Below, piece by piece: positions 1 to 12,385 of a stretch of 64,000 bases of DNA. The DNA lies in NCBI GenBank assembly GCA_038087875.1, contig CM075993.1:62001-126000 (forward strand), in the 5' to 3' direction. A model generated the notes under the pieces. It saw only the letters and a list, made by a program, of their open reading frames with translations, had not been told where the DNA came from and did no database searches. Source of the DNA: Malacoraja senta. Lineage: Eukaryota. Position numbers and translations under genes: made by a program. Each line of letters begins with the position of its first letter. Position 1 is the first letter of the stretch.

Positions 1-2690
1 AATAGAAGATAGTAAAAATTAAAAACTTTAGATAACTGTAATCTTCCAAAACTTGACCTTTTAGAACAAGAGGAATTTGGAGCCCAAATTACAATAGATT
101 ACAATCATTGAAAAATGGTAAGACACCGGGACCAGATGGTTTTAGTAATGAATTTTAAAGAAAATAAACTACCTGAAACATTAGCAGAATCAACTATTAC
201 GCTTATTCCAAAAATAGATAAAGATTTAGACAATCCGGGCTCTTATCGAGCTATATCACTTTTAAATACAGACCAGAAAATTTTAGCAAAGACTTTAGCA
301 AGAAGATTAAGCAAATATATTAGTAATTTGATAAACCCTGATCAAACGGGGTTTATACCCAATAGATATTCATTTAATAATTTGAAACGCCTGTTTAATA
401 TAATGTACTCACATAAAGTGGAGGAAGAAGATATATCAATTATTTCTTTGGACACAGAGAAAGCATTTGATCAGGTAGAGTGGCAGTACTTATACAAAGT
501 ACGGCAAAAATTTAATATGGGAGAGAATTTTATTACATGGGTAAAATTATTATATGATAAACCGATGGCAAGAATATTAACTATTAATATGTTATCTCAA
601 AAATTTCAATTATCAAGGGGTAATAGGCAGGGATGTGCGTTATCACCCCTGCTATTTGCCCTTATGATAGAACCTTTGGCTGAAAGTATAAGAATTCATC
701 CGAATATTCAGGGCTATAATACTAGGGACTCTAATAAAATTTCATTATATGCAGACGATATTCTTTTATATATTACAAAGTCATAAACGAGCATACCAAA
801 TTTAATAAATTTGGGTCCTTTTCTGGATATAGAATAAATTGGAATAAAAGTGAAATCATGACGTTAAAACCTCAAGAATCTACACACTTACTAAAGTTCC
901 CCTTTAAAATAGCAACAGAAAAATTTAAATATTTGGGTATTCAGATTACTAGAAAATATAAAGCATTATTCAATGCTAATTTTATACCTTTATTAAATAA
1001 ACTTAATATACTGATTAAATTTTGGGGAAAACTTCCTTTATCATTAATAGGTAGAATAAATGCTATAAAAATGATCTTTCTACCACAATTATTATACCTA
1101 TTTCAGTCTATACCAGTATATATACCAAAATACTTTAAAAAAAATTACTCTAATATTACTAATTTTATTTGGGATTATAAATCACATAGAATTGAAAAAA
1201 AACTTATGTAAACCAAAAGATGTCGGGGGACTTTCACTCCCGAATTTTTTGTATTATTATTGGGCAGTGCATATAAAGAAAATAATTTATTGGTTGGACA
1301 GTTCTACCCAACAGACAGAATGGATAAAAATGCAGAAAGAGGATTGTTTTCCTTGTAATATAGGAACGATCCTCTTCTCCCCGAAAAAACTGAACAATAC
1401 AATATATAAGAACCCAATTATACATGATACAATAAGAATATAGAAACAAATAAAATTATCCTTAAAATTAAGAAATTTATCATTGTTAATGCCAATAGCG
1501 AATAATCCTTTATTTAAACCATCTCTTATTGATAAAACATATAATCAATGGGAAAGTTTAGGAATTAAAATGATTGGGGATATGTATGAAATGGGAAATC
1601 TATTATCATTCCAACAATTACAATTACAATTTAAATTGAACAACCAACCATTATTTTATACATCTTCAGATTTGCGATTTCATGAAGAAATACATACAAG
1701 GATATCAAAAAATAACTCCTGACTTATTGGAAGAAGCAATGAATATTAAAGCCGACTCACAAAAATTAATATCATATTTATATAATAGTATTTTAAACAC
1801 AGACCTACCATCGACAGAGGTACTTAGAGAAGAGTGGGAACGGGAATTAATTATAAAAATTACGAAGGTTACATGGGAAAAGTATTTGATATACATTCAC
1901 AAATGTTCGATTAATGCAAGACATAATTTAATTCAATTAAAAATTTTACATAGATTATATTATTCAAAAACAAGATTGAATAAATTCTATCCAAATATAT
2001 CCCCCATTTGCAATAAGTGTTTATCCCAAAACGTAACTATAGCACACTCTTTTGTTTCCTGCATAAAACTTTATAGATTTTGGAGTGATATTTTTGAAAT
2101 ATTTACAAAATTATTCAAGATAAGAATGGAACCTAATACTGAATTGATTATATTTGGGGTAATGGAAGATGGGAATAAATTGAATTCATCTCAAAATTTA
2201 TTTTTTAATTATGGTTTAATAGCAAAAACATAAATACTTAAATTTTGGAAAAATACCCCAATACCAACGCTCAAAATGTGGATCGCAAGCATGTTGGACA
2301 CCGCACATCTTGAGGAAATGCGATTCCTCCTAATAGATAAATCAGACCAATTCATAACGAGTTGGTCTCCATTTGTCGTCTTTTTGGAATCATATGGTGC
2401 AACACAATTGTAAAAGCTAACTGTCTCGGGACTGGGCGAGGGATGGTCAAGATTATAAATAATGATCTCCTTACTTCTTTTTTTACTCTTTTCCCCATTT
2501 TCTTTTCTTAAACTTTTTTCTTTCATTCTTTTTTCTTCTTCTTCACACACTATATCTCACGTTTTTCTATACTTTATCTAATTTATTTTTCTTATTCTTC
2601 TTTACTATAATAAAAAAATAAGAAGCTGTACATAAAATCTATTATGAAAATATATATTAGGCATTTTGGTGCCATACGATTTTACTTACT
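1..2690 (+). mobile_element. L1/Tx1-clade LINE, degraded ORF2 (RT and C-terminal Cys-rich region) plus 3' UTR; runs off the window start
   Basis: Frameshifted ORFs 115-2233 carry L1 RT motifs (SYRAISLLNTDQKILAK, DQTGFIP, SLDTEKAFD, RGNRQGCALSPLLF, LYADD) and PICNKC...HSFVSC; T-rich 3' UTR follows. Confidence 0.93.
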
Positions 2691-2691
2691 T

Positions 2692-2930
2692 CACCACAGA
2701 GAGTGGTGAGTCTGTGGAATTCTCTGCCTCAGAGGGCAGTGGAGGCAGGTCCTCTGGATGCTTTCAAGAGAGAGCTAGATAGGGCTTAAAAATAGCGGAG
2801 TCAGGGGATATGGGGAGAAGGCAGGAACAGGGTACTGATTGGGGATGATCAGCCATGATTACATTGAATGGCGGTGCTGGCTCAAAGGGCCAAATGGCCT
2901 CCTCCTGCACCTATTTTCTATGTTTCTATG
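2692..2930 (+). mobile_element. CR1 LINE 3' fragment
   Basis: QRVVSLWNSLP-coding end, CR1 3' UTR (GAATGGCGGTGCTGGCTC-AAGGGCC) and (TTTCTATG)n tail. Confidence 0.9.
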
Positions 2931-3058
2931 TCACCTATCCATGTTCTCCACAGATGCTGCCTGACCCGCTGAGTTACTCCAGCACTCTGTGAAACGTCAC
3001 CTATTCATGTTCTCCACAGATGCCGACTTTGACCCGCTGAGTTACTCCAACATTTTGT
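2931..3058 (+). repeat. 66-bp Penelope-terminus-derived tandem repeat, about 2 units
   Basis: Unit TGAAACGTCACCTATCCATGTTCTCCACAGATGCTGCCTGACCCGCTGAGTTACTCCAGCACTCTG. Confidence 0.85.
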
Positions 3059-3728
3059 CTTGTGAGCAAGAGTATCCAAATATCTTTACAAATATCTTTA
3101 CAACAGTCTGTCCAGTCCAAAGCTCAATGAATGACCACTCAACACATCACAGATTCCTTTCACCTGAAAGTCCTTCATAAGAATTCATAATAAACAAATT
3201 AGGGTAGTTAACATTAACCATTTCACACAAGTGGTTAACAACTAGTTCACATTAACTTTCCTCAACCAAGTACAATGTAGATCCACTTTAAATTCCTTGC
3301 AGTCTTCTTAATCATAACAATTAGTCATCAACTGAAAACCAGTCTTCATAAAGTACCCCAATTAAAACACAATCGGACATCTATCCAGGAGACAAATTCA
3401 TTCTTGCCACTGCCTTCATGAAGTAAATGGAACCTTAACAACAATTCTTGGCAATATCCTCATAAATCTTGACTGCACCCTTTCCAAGGGTCTCCGAACA
3501 TTGGAGACAGATCAGATCGGGAAATTTTATACATCCTTACTCCAATCCACAGCAGACCAATTGTTCCAAATCACTGGGTTCACAATAAGAATGCTCCTCA
3601 GTCCTCTTCGGCCCAATATTCTACATTATCCCTGCATCTGTTCCACATTGTGCATCAATCAATAACAGTTATCACTGATCAACATTGAACAGTAAAATGT
3701 AGAAACAAAGAACTGCAGATGCTAGAGA

Positions 3729-3945
3729 CAGGGCTGCCAACATTGGGTGAGAGTTGTGTGAGAAATTGTGAGGGAGCGTAGCGACCGAGGGGGGGGGTGA
3801 GGGTGGTGGCCCTCCCTGTCATGGTAGGGAGCTTTTGCATTTTTCACCTTGAAATTGTGCAATCTGGTGCATACTGTAGCGAGTCTCAACTTACACTTAA
3901 ATGCAACATTTATGCTTCAAATTGGATTAGGCATGAATAAGGTTA
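3729..3945 (+). mobile_element. Probable hAT-type DNA transposon terminus
   Basis: Starts CAGGGCTGCCAAC (hAT-like TIR), then G-run and TTGAAATTGTGCAATCTGGTGCATACTG subterminal motif; no partner TIR found. Confidence 0.5.
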
Positions 3946-4054
3946 GGCTAAATTACATTCCACAGTAGAGCCAGGCTCTGATCAACAGGTGCAGCACATG
4001 AATGACCTTAGTATATTCATGTATGGAAATCAGATTATAATTCATGTATATAGT

Positions 4055-4160
4055 TATATAGATATAGATATAGATATAGATATAGATATAGATATAGATA
4101 TAGATATAGATATAGATATAGATATAGATATAGATAGATATATATAGAGAGAGAGAGAGA
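4055..4160. repeat. (TATAGA)n / (GA)n microsatellite
   Basis: Direct reading of the sequence. Confidence 0.97.
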
Positions 4161-4344
4161 AACAAAAACATAGAAACAAGGCAAGAGGAGTCAAACTTCC
4201 ATCACTGTTCTGCACAAATAAATCAACCTGACCCTTAGAAAAAATAATGCCACATATTCAACCGTATATGGTTCAATGAAATTAAGATATATATGCAAAA
4301 CATATGGAAACAGGCCCTTCGGCCCACCAAGTCCACACCGACCA

Positions 4345-7300
4345 GCAATCTACCATAACCATATATAACCATATAACCATAACAGCACGGAAACAGGCCA
4401 TCTCGGCCCTTCAAGTCCGTGCCGAACATTTAAAAAAAAAAAAAATTTAATTAAAAATAAATACTTCCCCCTAGTCCCATCTACCTGCACTCAGACCATA
4501 ACCCTCCATTCCTTTCCCATCCATATACCCATCCAATCTATTTTTAAAGGATAACATCGAACCTGCCTCCACCACTTCCACTGGAAGCTCATTCCACACA
4601 GCTACCACTCTCGGAGTAAAGAAGTTCCCCCTAATGTTCCCCCTAAACTTCTGTCCCTTAATTCTCAAGTCATGTCCCCTTGTTTGAATCTTCCCTACTC
4701 TCAATGGGAAAAGCTTATCCACGTCCACTCTGTCTAACCCGCTCATAATTTTAAAGACCTCTATCAAGTCCCCTCTTAACCTTCTGCGCTCCAAAGAATA
4801 AAGACCTAACTTGTTCAACCTTTCTCTGTAACTTAGTTGCTGAAACCCAGGCAACATTCTAGTAAATCTCCTCTGTACTCTCTCTATTTTGTTGACATCC
4901 TTCCTATAATTAGGCGACCAAAATTGTACTCCATACTCCAGAATTGGCCTCACCAATGCCTTGTACAATTTTAACATTACATCCCAACTTCTATATTCAA
5001 TGCTCTGATTTATAAAGGCCAGCACACCAAAAGCTTTCTTTACCACCCTATCTACATGAGATTCCACCTTCAGGGAACTATGCACAGTTATTCCTAGATC
5101 CCTCTGTTCAACTGCATTCCTCAATTCGCTACCATTTACCGTGTACGTCCTATTTTGATTTGTCCTGCCGAGATGTAGCACCTCACATTTGTCAGCATTA
5201 AACTCCATCTGCCATCTTTCAGCCCACTCTTCCAAATGGCCTAAATCTCTGTAGACTTTGAAAATCTACTTCATTATCCACAACACCACCTATCTTAGTA
5301 TCATCTGAATACTTACTAATCCAATTTTCCACACCATCATCCAGATCATTGATGTACATGACAAACAGTGGACCCAACACAGACCCCTGAGGCACCCCAC
5401 CAGTCACCGGCCTCCAACCTGACAAACAGCCATCCACCATTACTCTCTGGCATCTCCCATTCAGCCACTGTTGAATCCATCTTGCTACTCCACCATTAAT
5501 ACCCAACAATTGAATCTTCTTAACCAACCTTCCATGAGGAACCTTGTCAAAGGCCTTACTGAAGTCCATATAGACAACATCCACTGCTTTACCCTCATCA
5601 ATTTCCCTTGTAACCTCTTCGAAAAATTCAAGAAGATTAGTCAAGCATGACCTTCCAGGCACAAATCCATGTTGACTGTTCCTAATCAGACCCTGCTTAT
5701 CCAGATGCTTATATATATGATCTTCAAGTATCCTTTCCATTAATTTGCCCACCACTGACGTCAAACTAACAGGTCTATAATTGCTAGGTTTACTCTTCGA
5801 ACCCTTTTTAAACAACGGAACAACATGCGCAGTACTCCAATCCTCCGGCACTATTCCCGTTTCTAATGACATTTGAAATATTTCTGTCATAGCCCCTGCT
5901 ATTTCTACACTAACTTCCCTCAATGTCCTAGGGAATATCCTGTCAGGACCTGGAGACGTATCCGTTTTCATATTTTTTAAAAGTGTCCGCACCTCCTCTT
6001 CTTTGAATCTCAGTTTCCATTGCTACTCTGCTTGTTTCCCTTACCTCGCATAATTCCATATCCTTCTCCTTCGTGGATACCGAAGAAAAGAAATTGTTCA
6101 ATATCTCCCTCATCTCTTTTGGCTCTGCAGATAGCTGTCCACTCTGACTCTCTAATGGACCGATTTTATTCCTTGTTATCATTTTGCTAATAATATAGCT
6201 GTAGAAACCCTTTGGATTTACTTTCACCTTACTTGCCAAAGCAACCTCATATCTTCTTTTAGCTTTTCTAATTTCTTTCTCAATATTCTTTTTACATTCT
6301 TTATACTCCTCAAGCACCTCATTTACTCCATGCTGCCTATAATTATTGTAGATCTCTCTCTTTTTCCGAACCGTGTCCAATTTCCCTTGAAAACCATGGC
6401 TCTATTCATTTTTTATTATTTCCTTTCAACCGAACAGGGACATAAAGATTCTGTACTCTTAAAATTTCACCCTTAAATGTCCTCCATTTTTCTTCTACAT
6501 CCTTCCCATAAAACAACATGTCCCAATTCACTCCTTTTAAATCCTTTCGCATCTCCTCAAAGTTAGCCTTTCTCCAAACAAAAATCTCAACCCTAGGTCC
6601 AGTTCTGACCCTCTCCATAATTATATTGAAACTAATGGTATTGTGATGACTGGACCCGAAGTGCTCCCCGACGCATACCTCCACCACCTGCCCCGTCTCA
6701 TTTCCTAACAGGAAGTCCAGCACTGCCCCTTCTCTAGTAGGTACCTCTATGTATTGCTGCAAAAAACTATCTTGCACACATTTTACAAACTCCAAACCAT
6801 CCAGCCCTTTTACAGAATGTGTTTCCCAGTCTATGTGTGGAAAATTGAAATCTCCCACAATCACTACCTTGTGCTTACTACTAATATCTGCCATCTCCTT
6901 ACATATTTGCTCTTCCAATTCTCGCTCCCCATTTGGCAGTCTATAATACACCCCTATAAGTGTTGCTACACCTTTCCCATTTCTCAGTTCCACCCAAATA
7001 GCCTCCCTAAACGAGCCCTCTAATCTATCCTGCCAAAGCACTGCTGTAATATCTTCCTTGACAAGCAATGCAACACCCCCACCTCTTGCCCCTCCAATTC
7101 TATCACCCCTGAAGCAACGAAATCCTGGAATATTTATTTGCCAATCACAGCCCTCCTGCAACCATGATTCACTGATCGCCACAACATCATACTTCCAGGT
7201 GTCAATCCGGGTTCTAAGCTCATCCACCTTTCTTACAATGCTCCTAGCATTAAGATATACACATTTAAGAAACCCACCACCACTTATTCTCTGTTTATTA

Positions 7301-7420
7301 TCTTTTTCTTCTTTCTCCCCTACATTTTGGGTCCGAGTGCTTCCCTTCTCTGCCTCCTGCATTTTCCACTAGCTTTCTCTATTTGAGTCCCTCCCCCCAA
7401 CCGTTCTAGTTTAAAGTCTC
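4345..7420 (-). mobile_element. CR1 LINE, near-complete ORF2 (APE endonuclease + RT), frameshifted
   Basis: ORF 6406-7362: YLNARS, ISESWL, GDFNFP. ORF 5219-5992: [43 protein letters not shown] 4471-5235: CR1 C-terminus. (TATATGGT)n tail. Confidence 0.95.
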
Positions 7421-7640
7421 CATACACCAGTTGCATTCTACACACCAGGGACAATTTACAGAAGCCAATTAACATACAAACCTGCACTTCTTTCGGATGT
7501 GGGAGAAACCGGAATATCCAGAGAAAACCATGTGGTCATAAGGAGAATGTACAAATACTGTACAGACAGCACTCGTAGTCAGGATCAAATCTGGGACAGT
7601 GGTGCTGCAAGGCAGCAACTCTACCGCTGCGCCACCCCCA
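7421..7640 (-). mobile_element. tRNA-derived V-SINE (HE1-like)
   Basis: Minus strand begins GGTGGCGCAGCGGTAGAGTTGCTGCC (A box), degenerate B box, then V-domain-like CCGGTTTCTCCCACATCC. Confidence 0.8.
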
Positions 7641-7892
7641 TTAAATTATTTTTTTCTGTTATATATTTATTATGGTGTCACGTCAATAAAGAAGAACACA
7701 CGATTCTGATTTCTGTCCTTAATTGGATAACACACATCTCCAGTCATTGTATTTTATGGCTGGTTTTCAGCCCCTTCAGTCTGAAGGTCTCAACCCAAAA
7801 CATCACCTATTCTTTCTCTCTGGAGATGCTGCCTGCCTGCTGAGTTATTCCAGCTTTTAGTGTCTATCTTCAGTTTAAACCACCATCTGCAG

Positions 7893-8103
7893 GATGGTGA
7901 GGGACAGTGACCCGGGGGTCGGGGGGGGTGGTGAGGGTCAATGACCATGGGGTCGGGGGGGGAGGGGTGGTGAGGGTCAATGACCCAGGGGTCGGGGTGG
8001 TGAGGGACAATGACCCGATGGGTTAGGGGGTCGGGGGGGTGGTGAGGGACAGTGACCCGGGGTCAGGGGGGTGGTGGTGAGGGACAGTGACCCGGGGGTC
8101 GGG
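7893..8103. repeat. G-rich minisatellite, about 30-38 bp unit (GGTGAGGGACAGTGACCCGGGGGTCGGGGGGG)
   Basis: About 6 imperfect copies with long G runs. Confidence 0.85.
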
Positions 8104-8239
8104 CATCGGAGCAGAGCTATAGGGAGGTTTCACGGCAGTCGGGTCACGACCCATGACCCGTACTGTTGCTACGCTACGCCAACTGGATTACACGCGATGA
8201 ACTGCAGGTAAGCGCTTACCATTGTTTCCAGCGTAGCGG

Positions 8240-8865
8240 GCCCGTTAAAACCCACCAAAATTGTCAATTTTTGCGCTGTAAATAATTATGGAAATCGGGA
8301 TAAGTGTGAGAGACATTTAGAATACTTCAGAATTCCAAAAGTGAGGAGAAATGACGGTAGATAGAAGCAAGAGCTGAAGGGACAACAACAGCCAGAGTGC
8401 TTGGTGAACATTGGCCGTTTGCTCACTGCATTTCATTAACAGTAACGCATTATTTGTGTTTTTTTGTTGATTCCTTTGGTAATTTAAAAAGTCTCAGAAG
8501 TGATAAATCTGGCTGTAAAATTTTGCTTCAGAGGCGTTTTGTTTTTGTATGTAAAAACCCACTTGAGAACCATGGGCGATTTAAAAATTTTACAGCCAGA
8601 TTTATCACTTCTGAAACTTTTTAGATGCCAAAGGAATCAAGAAAAAACACAAATAATGCCTTACTGTTGATGAAATGCAGTGAGCAAACAGCCAATGTTC
8701 GCCAAGCACTTTAGCTGTTGTTGTCCCTTCAGCTCTCGCTTCTATCTACTGTCATTTCTCTTCACTTTTGGAATTCTGAAGTTGGGTACATGTCCCTCAC
8801 ACTTACCCCGACTTCCACAAATTTTATAGCGCAAACATTCATCATTTTGGCGGGTTTTAACAGGT
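8240..8865. mobile_element. Fold-back (MITE-like) element with about 280-bp imperfect inverted arms
   Basis: 8240-8525 is the reverse complement of about 8580-8865 (e.g. AGAAGTGATAAATCTGGCTGTAAAA vs TTTTACAGCCAGATTTATCACTTCT). Confidence 0.8.
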
Positions 8866-9350
8866 ATGAAAGTGCGCGTTTCTTGCATTAATAACATATA
8901 CCTGAAGCTGCGATGTCCTCCAGATGGATTGAGTGCCTCCGTGCGTCAAGCCCTATGACCCAGTGCAACCCCCCTATAGCCCGAGATTCATCCCCGCTCC
9001 AGGCTCTTGGCTCCTGGCCGGGGTTAAAACTCCATGCGGTGTGGATGGACAGAGCGACCGGACAAAGAGAGACAGAGCCGCCGGACACAAGTGAGGGTGG
9101 GAGATGTGAGCAGTGTCTCACCGATCACACCGGCATCTGCACGGGAATGTGAATGCGGGTGAGGCAGCATCTACAGAGCGAGAGACAAAAATGCTGGAGA
9201 AATGCTCGAGTCTGAAGAAGAGTCAAACTCACACAAAGATGCTGCCTCGCCCGCTGAGTTTCTCCAGCATTTTTGTGGACATTGCCATTTTAAATAGTGC
9301 GCGATGGGCTCAAGCCCATCTTTACGCTCATTCTTTACGGGGAACCCGCC

Positions 9351-9565
9351 GACAGAAAACTATTCTCATTGGTGAGTGTGGAGGAAGAATATACATATAT
9401 ATTTATATATATACTCCACACCCACCAATGAGAATAGTTTTCCGTCTTTGATTAATTCTCCAGACTTGTTATATATTCTCTTGTTACATATATGTTATGT
9501 TATGTATATAACAAGAGGAATATAACAAGAGAATATATAACAAGTCTGGAGAATTAATCAAAGAC
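9351..9565. repeat. Two abutting inverted repeats (hairpins) with AT-rich loops
   Basis: GAAAACTATTCTCATTGGTGAGTGTGGAG...CTCCACACCCACCAATGAGAATAGTTTTC, then TCTTTGATTAATTCTCCAGACTTGTTATATATTCTCTTGTTA...TAACAAGAGAATATATAACAAGTCTGGAGAATTAATCAAAGA. Confidence 0.92.
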
Positions 9566-9574
9566 ACAAACACT

Positions 9575-9862
9575 TTAAGAGAAAGCAATAGTGTTCTCAC
9601 TCACCTCCTGTCCTGGAGACGAAGACACCTCAGACACAAGAGAAGACTCCCTGCCTCGACCAAGAGCACCGCTTGCAAGATGGGACTCGACATGTCCCAA
9701 CGTTAGCCCAGGACAACTACACTCACTCACACAACTCCCCCTTTTATACACAGCAGCTGGCAATTCCCTAATCAGCTCCAATCTAGCCAATTCCCACATT
9801 AACCCACCAGTGGCCAATCAATGTTTGTTGCACACACAATGATATCCACCTGGGGGCAGTAG
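9575..9862 (-). promoter_or_regulatory. Putative Pol II promoter and first exon (CTCF-like site, CCAAT boxes, TATA, splice donor)
   Basis: Minus strand: three ATTGG, TATAAAA near 9741-9747, donor GAG|GTGAGT near 9605; CCACCTGGGGGCAG at about 9846-9859; paralog at 58978-59700. Confidence 0.5.
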
Positions 9863-9984
9863 TTGATTGTCTGTTGATTCATTGCAGTTTAGACAAAACA
9901 GCCGCTTGCATTTCACTTTGTCAGAAAAGATGATAAGACATAAGAGCAGAATTAGGATGTTCGACGCTCTGAAACTCCACCGTT

Positions 9985-10510
9985 CTGAGGAAAGACATTC
10001 TTGCCATAGAGGGAGTACAGAGAAGGTTCACCAGACTGATTCCTGGGATGGCAGGACTTTCATATGAAGAAAGACTGGATAGACTCGGCTTGTACGCGCT
10101 ACAATTTAGAAGATTGAGGGGGGATCTTATAGAAACTTACAAAATTCTTAAGGGGTTGGACAGGCTAGATGCAGGAAGATTGTTCCCGATGTTGGGGAAG
10201 TCCAGAACAAGGGGTCACAGTTTAAGGATAAAGGGGAAATCCTTCAGGACCGAGATGAGAAAAACATTTTTCACACAGAGAGTGGTGAATCTCTGGAACT
10301 CTCTGCCATAGAAGGTAGTTGAGGCCAGTTCATTGGCTATATTTAAGAGGGAGTTAGATGTGGCCCTTGTGGCTAAAGGGATCAGGGGGTATGGAGAGAA
10401 GGCAGGTACAGGATACTGAGTTGGATGATCAGCCATGATCATATTGAATGGCGGTGCAGGCTCGAAGGGCTGAATGGCCTACTCCTGCACCTATTTTCTA
10501 AGTTTCTATG
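9985..10510 (+). mobile_element. CR1 3' fragment
   Basis: ORF 10048-10311 (LSYEERLDRLGL...RLRGDLIETYKI...TRGHSL), 3' UTR and tail. Confidence 0.92.
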
Positions 10511-10514
10511 TTCG

Positions 10515-10970
10515 ATCATGGCTGATCTATCTTTCCCTCTCAACCCCATTCTCCTGCCGTTTCCCCATAACCTTTGACGACCTTACTAATCTAGAACCTA
10601 TCAATCTCTGCTTTAAAAATATCCAATGGCCTCCACAGTCTTCTGTGGCATTGAATTCCACATTAACCACACTCTAGCTAAAGAAATTCCTTCTCATCTC
10701 CTTTCTAAAGTACATACTTTTATTCTGAGGATGTTCCCTCTGGTCCTAGACTCTCTCACTAGTGGAAACAACCTTTTAGTTTTAGTTTAGACATATAGCA
10801 AAGAAACAGGCCCTTCTGCCCACCGTGTGCACACTGACCTGCAATCATCCTGTACACTAGCACCACCCCACACACAAGGGACAATTTTACAATTATCAAA
10901 TTACCAAAGCTAATTAACCTACAAACCTGTACGTCTTTGGAGGAAACCAGAGCATGAAATCATGTGCAGG
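10515..10970 (-). mobile_element. Degraded CR1 3' fragment and adjacent V-SINE fragment
   Basis: Reverse-complement CR1 3' motifs (CATGGCTGATC, CCTCTGGTCCTAGACTC) and SINE motif AATTAACCTACAAACCTGTACGTCTTTGG. Confidence 0.65.
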
Positions 10971-11177
10971 TGAAAAAGATTTGGACTTGACATCATATTT
11001 GGCACAGACTGTGGGCCAGAGGGCCTGTACTGTTGTATGTAGACACAATGAATTTCAGCAGCTTGTTAACAAAAAAGTCACAAAGTGCTGGAGTTACTCA
11101 GAGGGCCAGGCAGCATCTCTGGAGAACATGGATAGGTGACAGTTCTGGTCAGTAACTTTCAGACTGCTAATCTGCAA

Positions 11178-11494
11178 ACTGAAGAAGGGTCCAGTCCAAT
11201 AACATCACCTATCCATGTTCTCCAGAGATGCTGCCTGACCCGCTGAGTTACTCCAACACTTTGTGTTTAACTTGGTCTGAAGAAGGGTTCTGACACAAAA
11301 CATCACCTATCCATGTTCTCCAGAGATGCTGCCTGACCCGCTGAGTTACTCTAGCACTTTGTGAAACGTCACCTATCCATGTTCTCCACAGATGCTGCCT
11401 GACCCGCTGAGTTGCTCCAGCACTCTGTGAAACGTCACCTATCCATGTTCTCCACATATGCTGCCTGACCCACTGAGTTACTCCAGCACTCTGT
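11178..11494 (+). repeat. Penelope-terminus-derived repeats: two degenerate hammerhead cores and 66-bp units
   Basis: CTGAAGAAGGGT... at about 11179 and 11277, followed by about 4 copies of the ACCTATCCATGTTCTCC-CAGATGCTGCCTGACCCGCTGAGTTACTCCAGCAC unit. Confidence 0.8.
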
Positions 11495-11723
11495 ATCTCC
11501 ACTGTTCCAGGTTTGATGTTGCACTCTTGCCAAAATGGAACATGACTGAGGTTGAATGAGGTTCATGACGAGACAACCCGTGTTGTTGAGCGGATTCTGC
11601 CCGCGCCGCCAAGCCGTGAAGTAGGGATCCTGCTGCCCTCATCTCAGCCGAACTGTGGTCACTGGGAAATAAATACAAGCAGCAGTCTCTGGAGTGGGCC
11701 GGACAGCCCTGTGTTTGAACCTG

Positions 11724-12385
11724 CGTGTATATGTGTACATGCATCTTAGTACCTGCGTGTGTATGTACGTGTTGGTATGCGCATATGTACATGGATATAC
11801 GTACGTGCATATGTATACATTACGTCAGTACATGTGTAAATACACGTTTGTGTGTATGTACACACATAAGTAGTACACACAGACGTACATATGCATTGAT
11901 ATGCAAATACACACATATATGCATGTATACACACAGTCCCACAGAAACAGATGCACTCACATATAATCACCCGCACTGGCACATGTGCAAACACATGCAC
12001 GTGTATACATACATGCATATATGTACACATGTACTACACATATACACATATAAACATGTGTATGTATGTACATGTGTGTACTGATGTGTGTTAGCATACA
12101 TGTGTATGTACATGTCTAGGTATTTGCATGTGCATGTACATCATGTGTATGTATATGCGACTGTGCCTGTTTACATCCAAATGCATATTTGTGTGTGCAT
12201 GTACAGGTGCATACATGCATATGTACATGCATGTGCGTGCACATGTGCTTGTGTGTGTTTATACACGTGTGTATGCATGTGTGCGTTTACATATATACGT
12301 ACATGTGTATGCACAACTGCAACTGTATATGTATGTGTACTTGTGAGTTCATACTTATGCATGTATGCACCTGTGTTTTCATATA
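11724..12385. repeat. Degenerate (TG/TA/CA)n purine-pyrimidine alternating low-complexity tract
   Basis: Direct reading; source of spurious Cys/Val/Tyr-rich ORFs. Confidence 0.93.

Noticed and set aside
3435..3700. Possible exon next to the promoter-like region
   Set aside because: Minus strand resembles a highly decayed CR1 RT-end fragment (AGGGTGCAG..AAGATTTA.GAGGAT.TTGCC)
7560..7640. tRNA gene
   Set aside because: A box present but B box degenerate and no cloverleaf; it is a SINE head
8888..9160. GC-rich segment with a minus-strand CAG|GTATA donor
   Set aside because: No convincing acceptor or start codon, no paralog and no recognisable peptide
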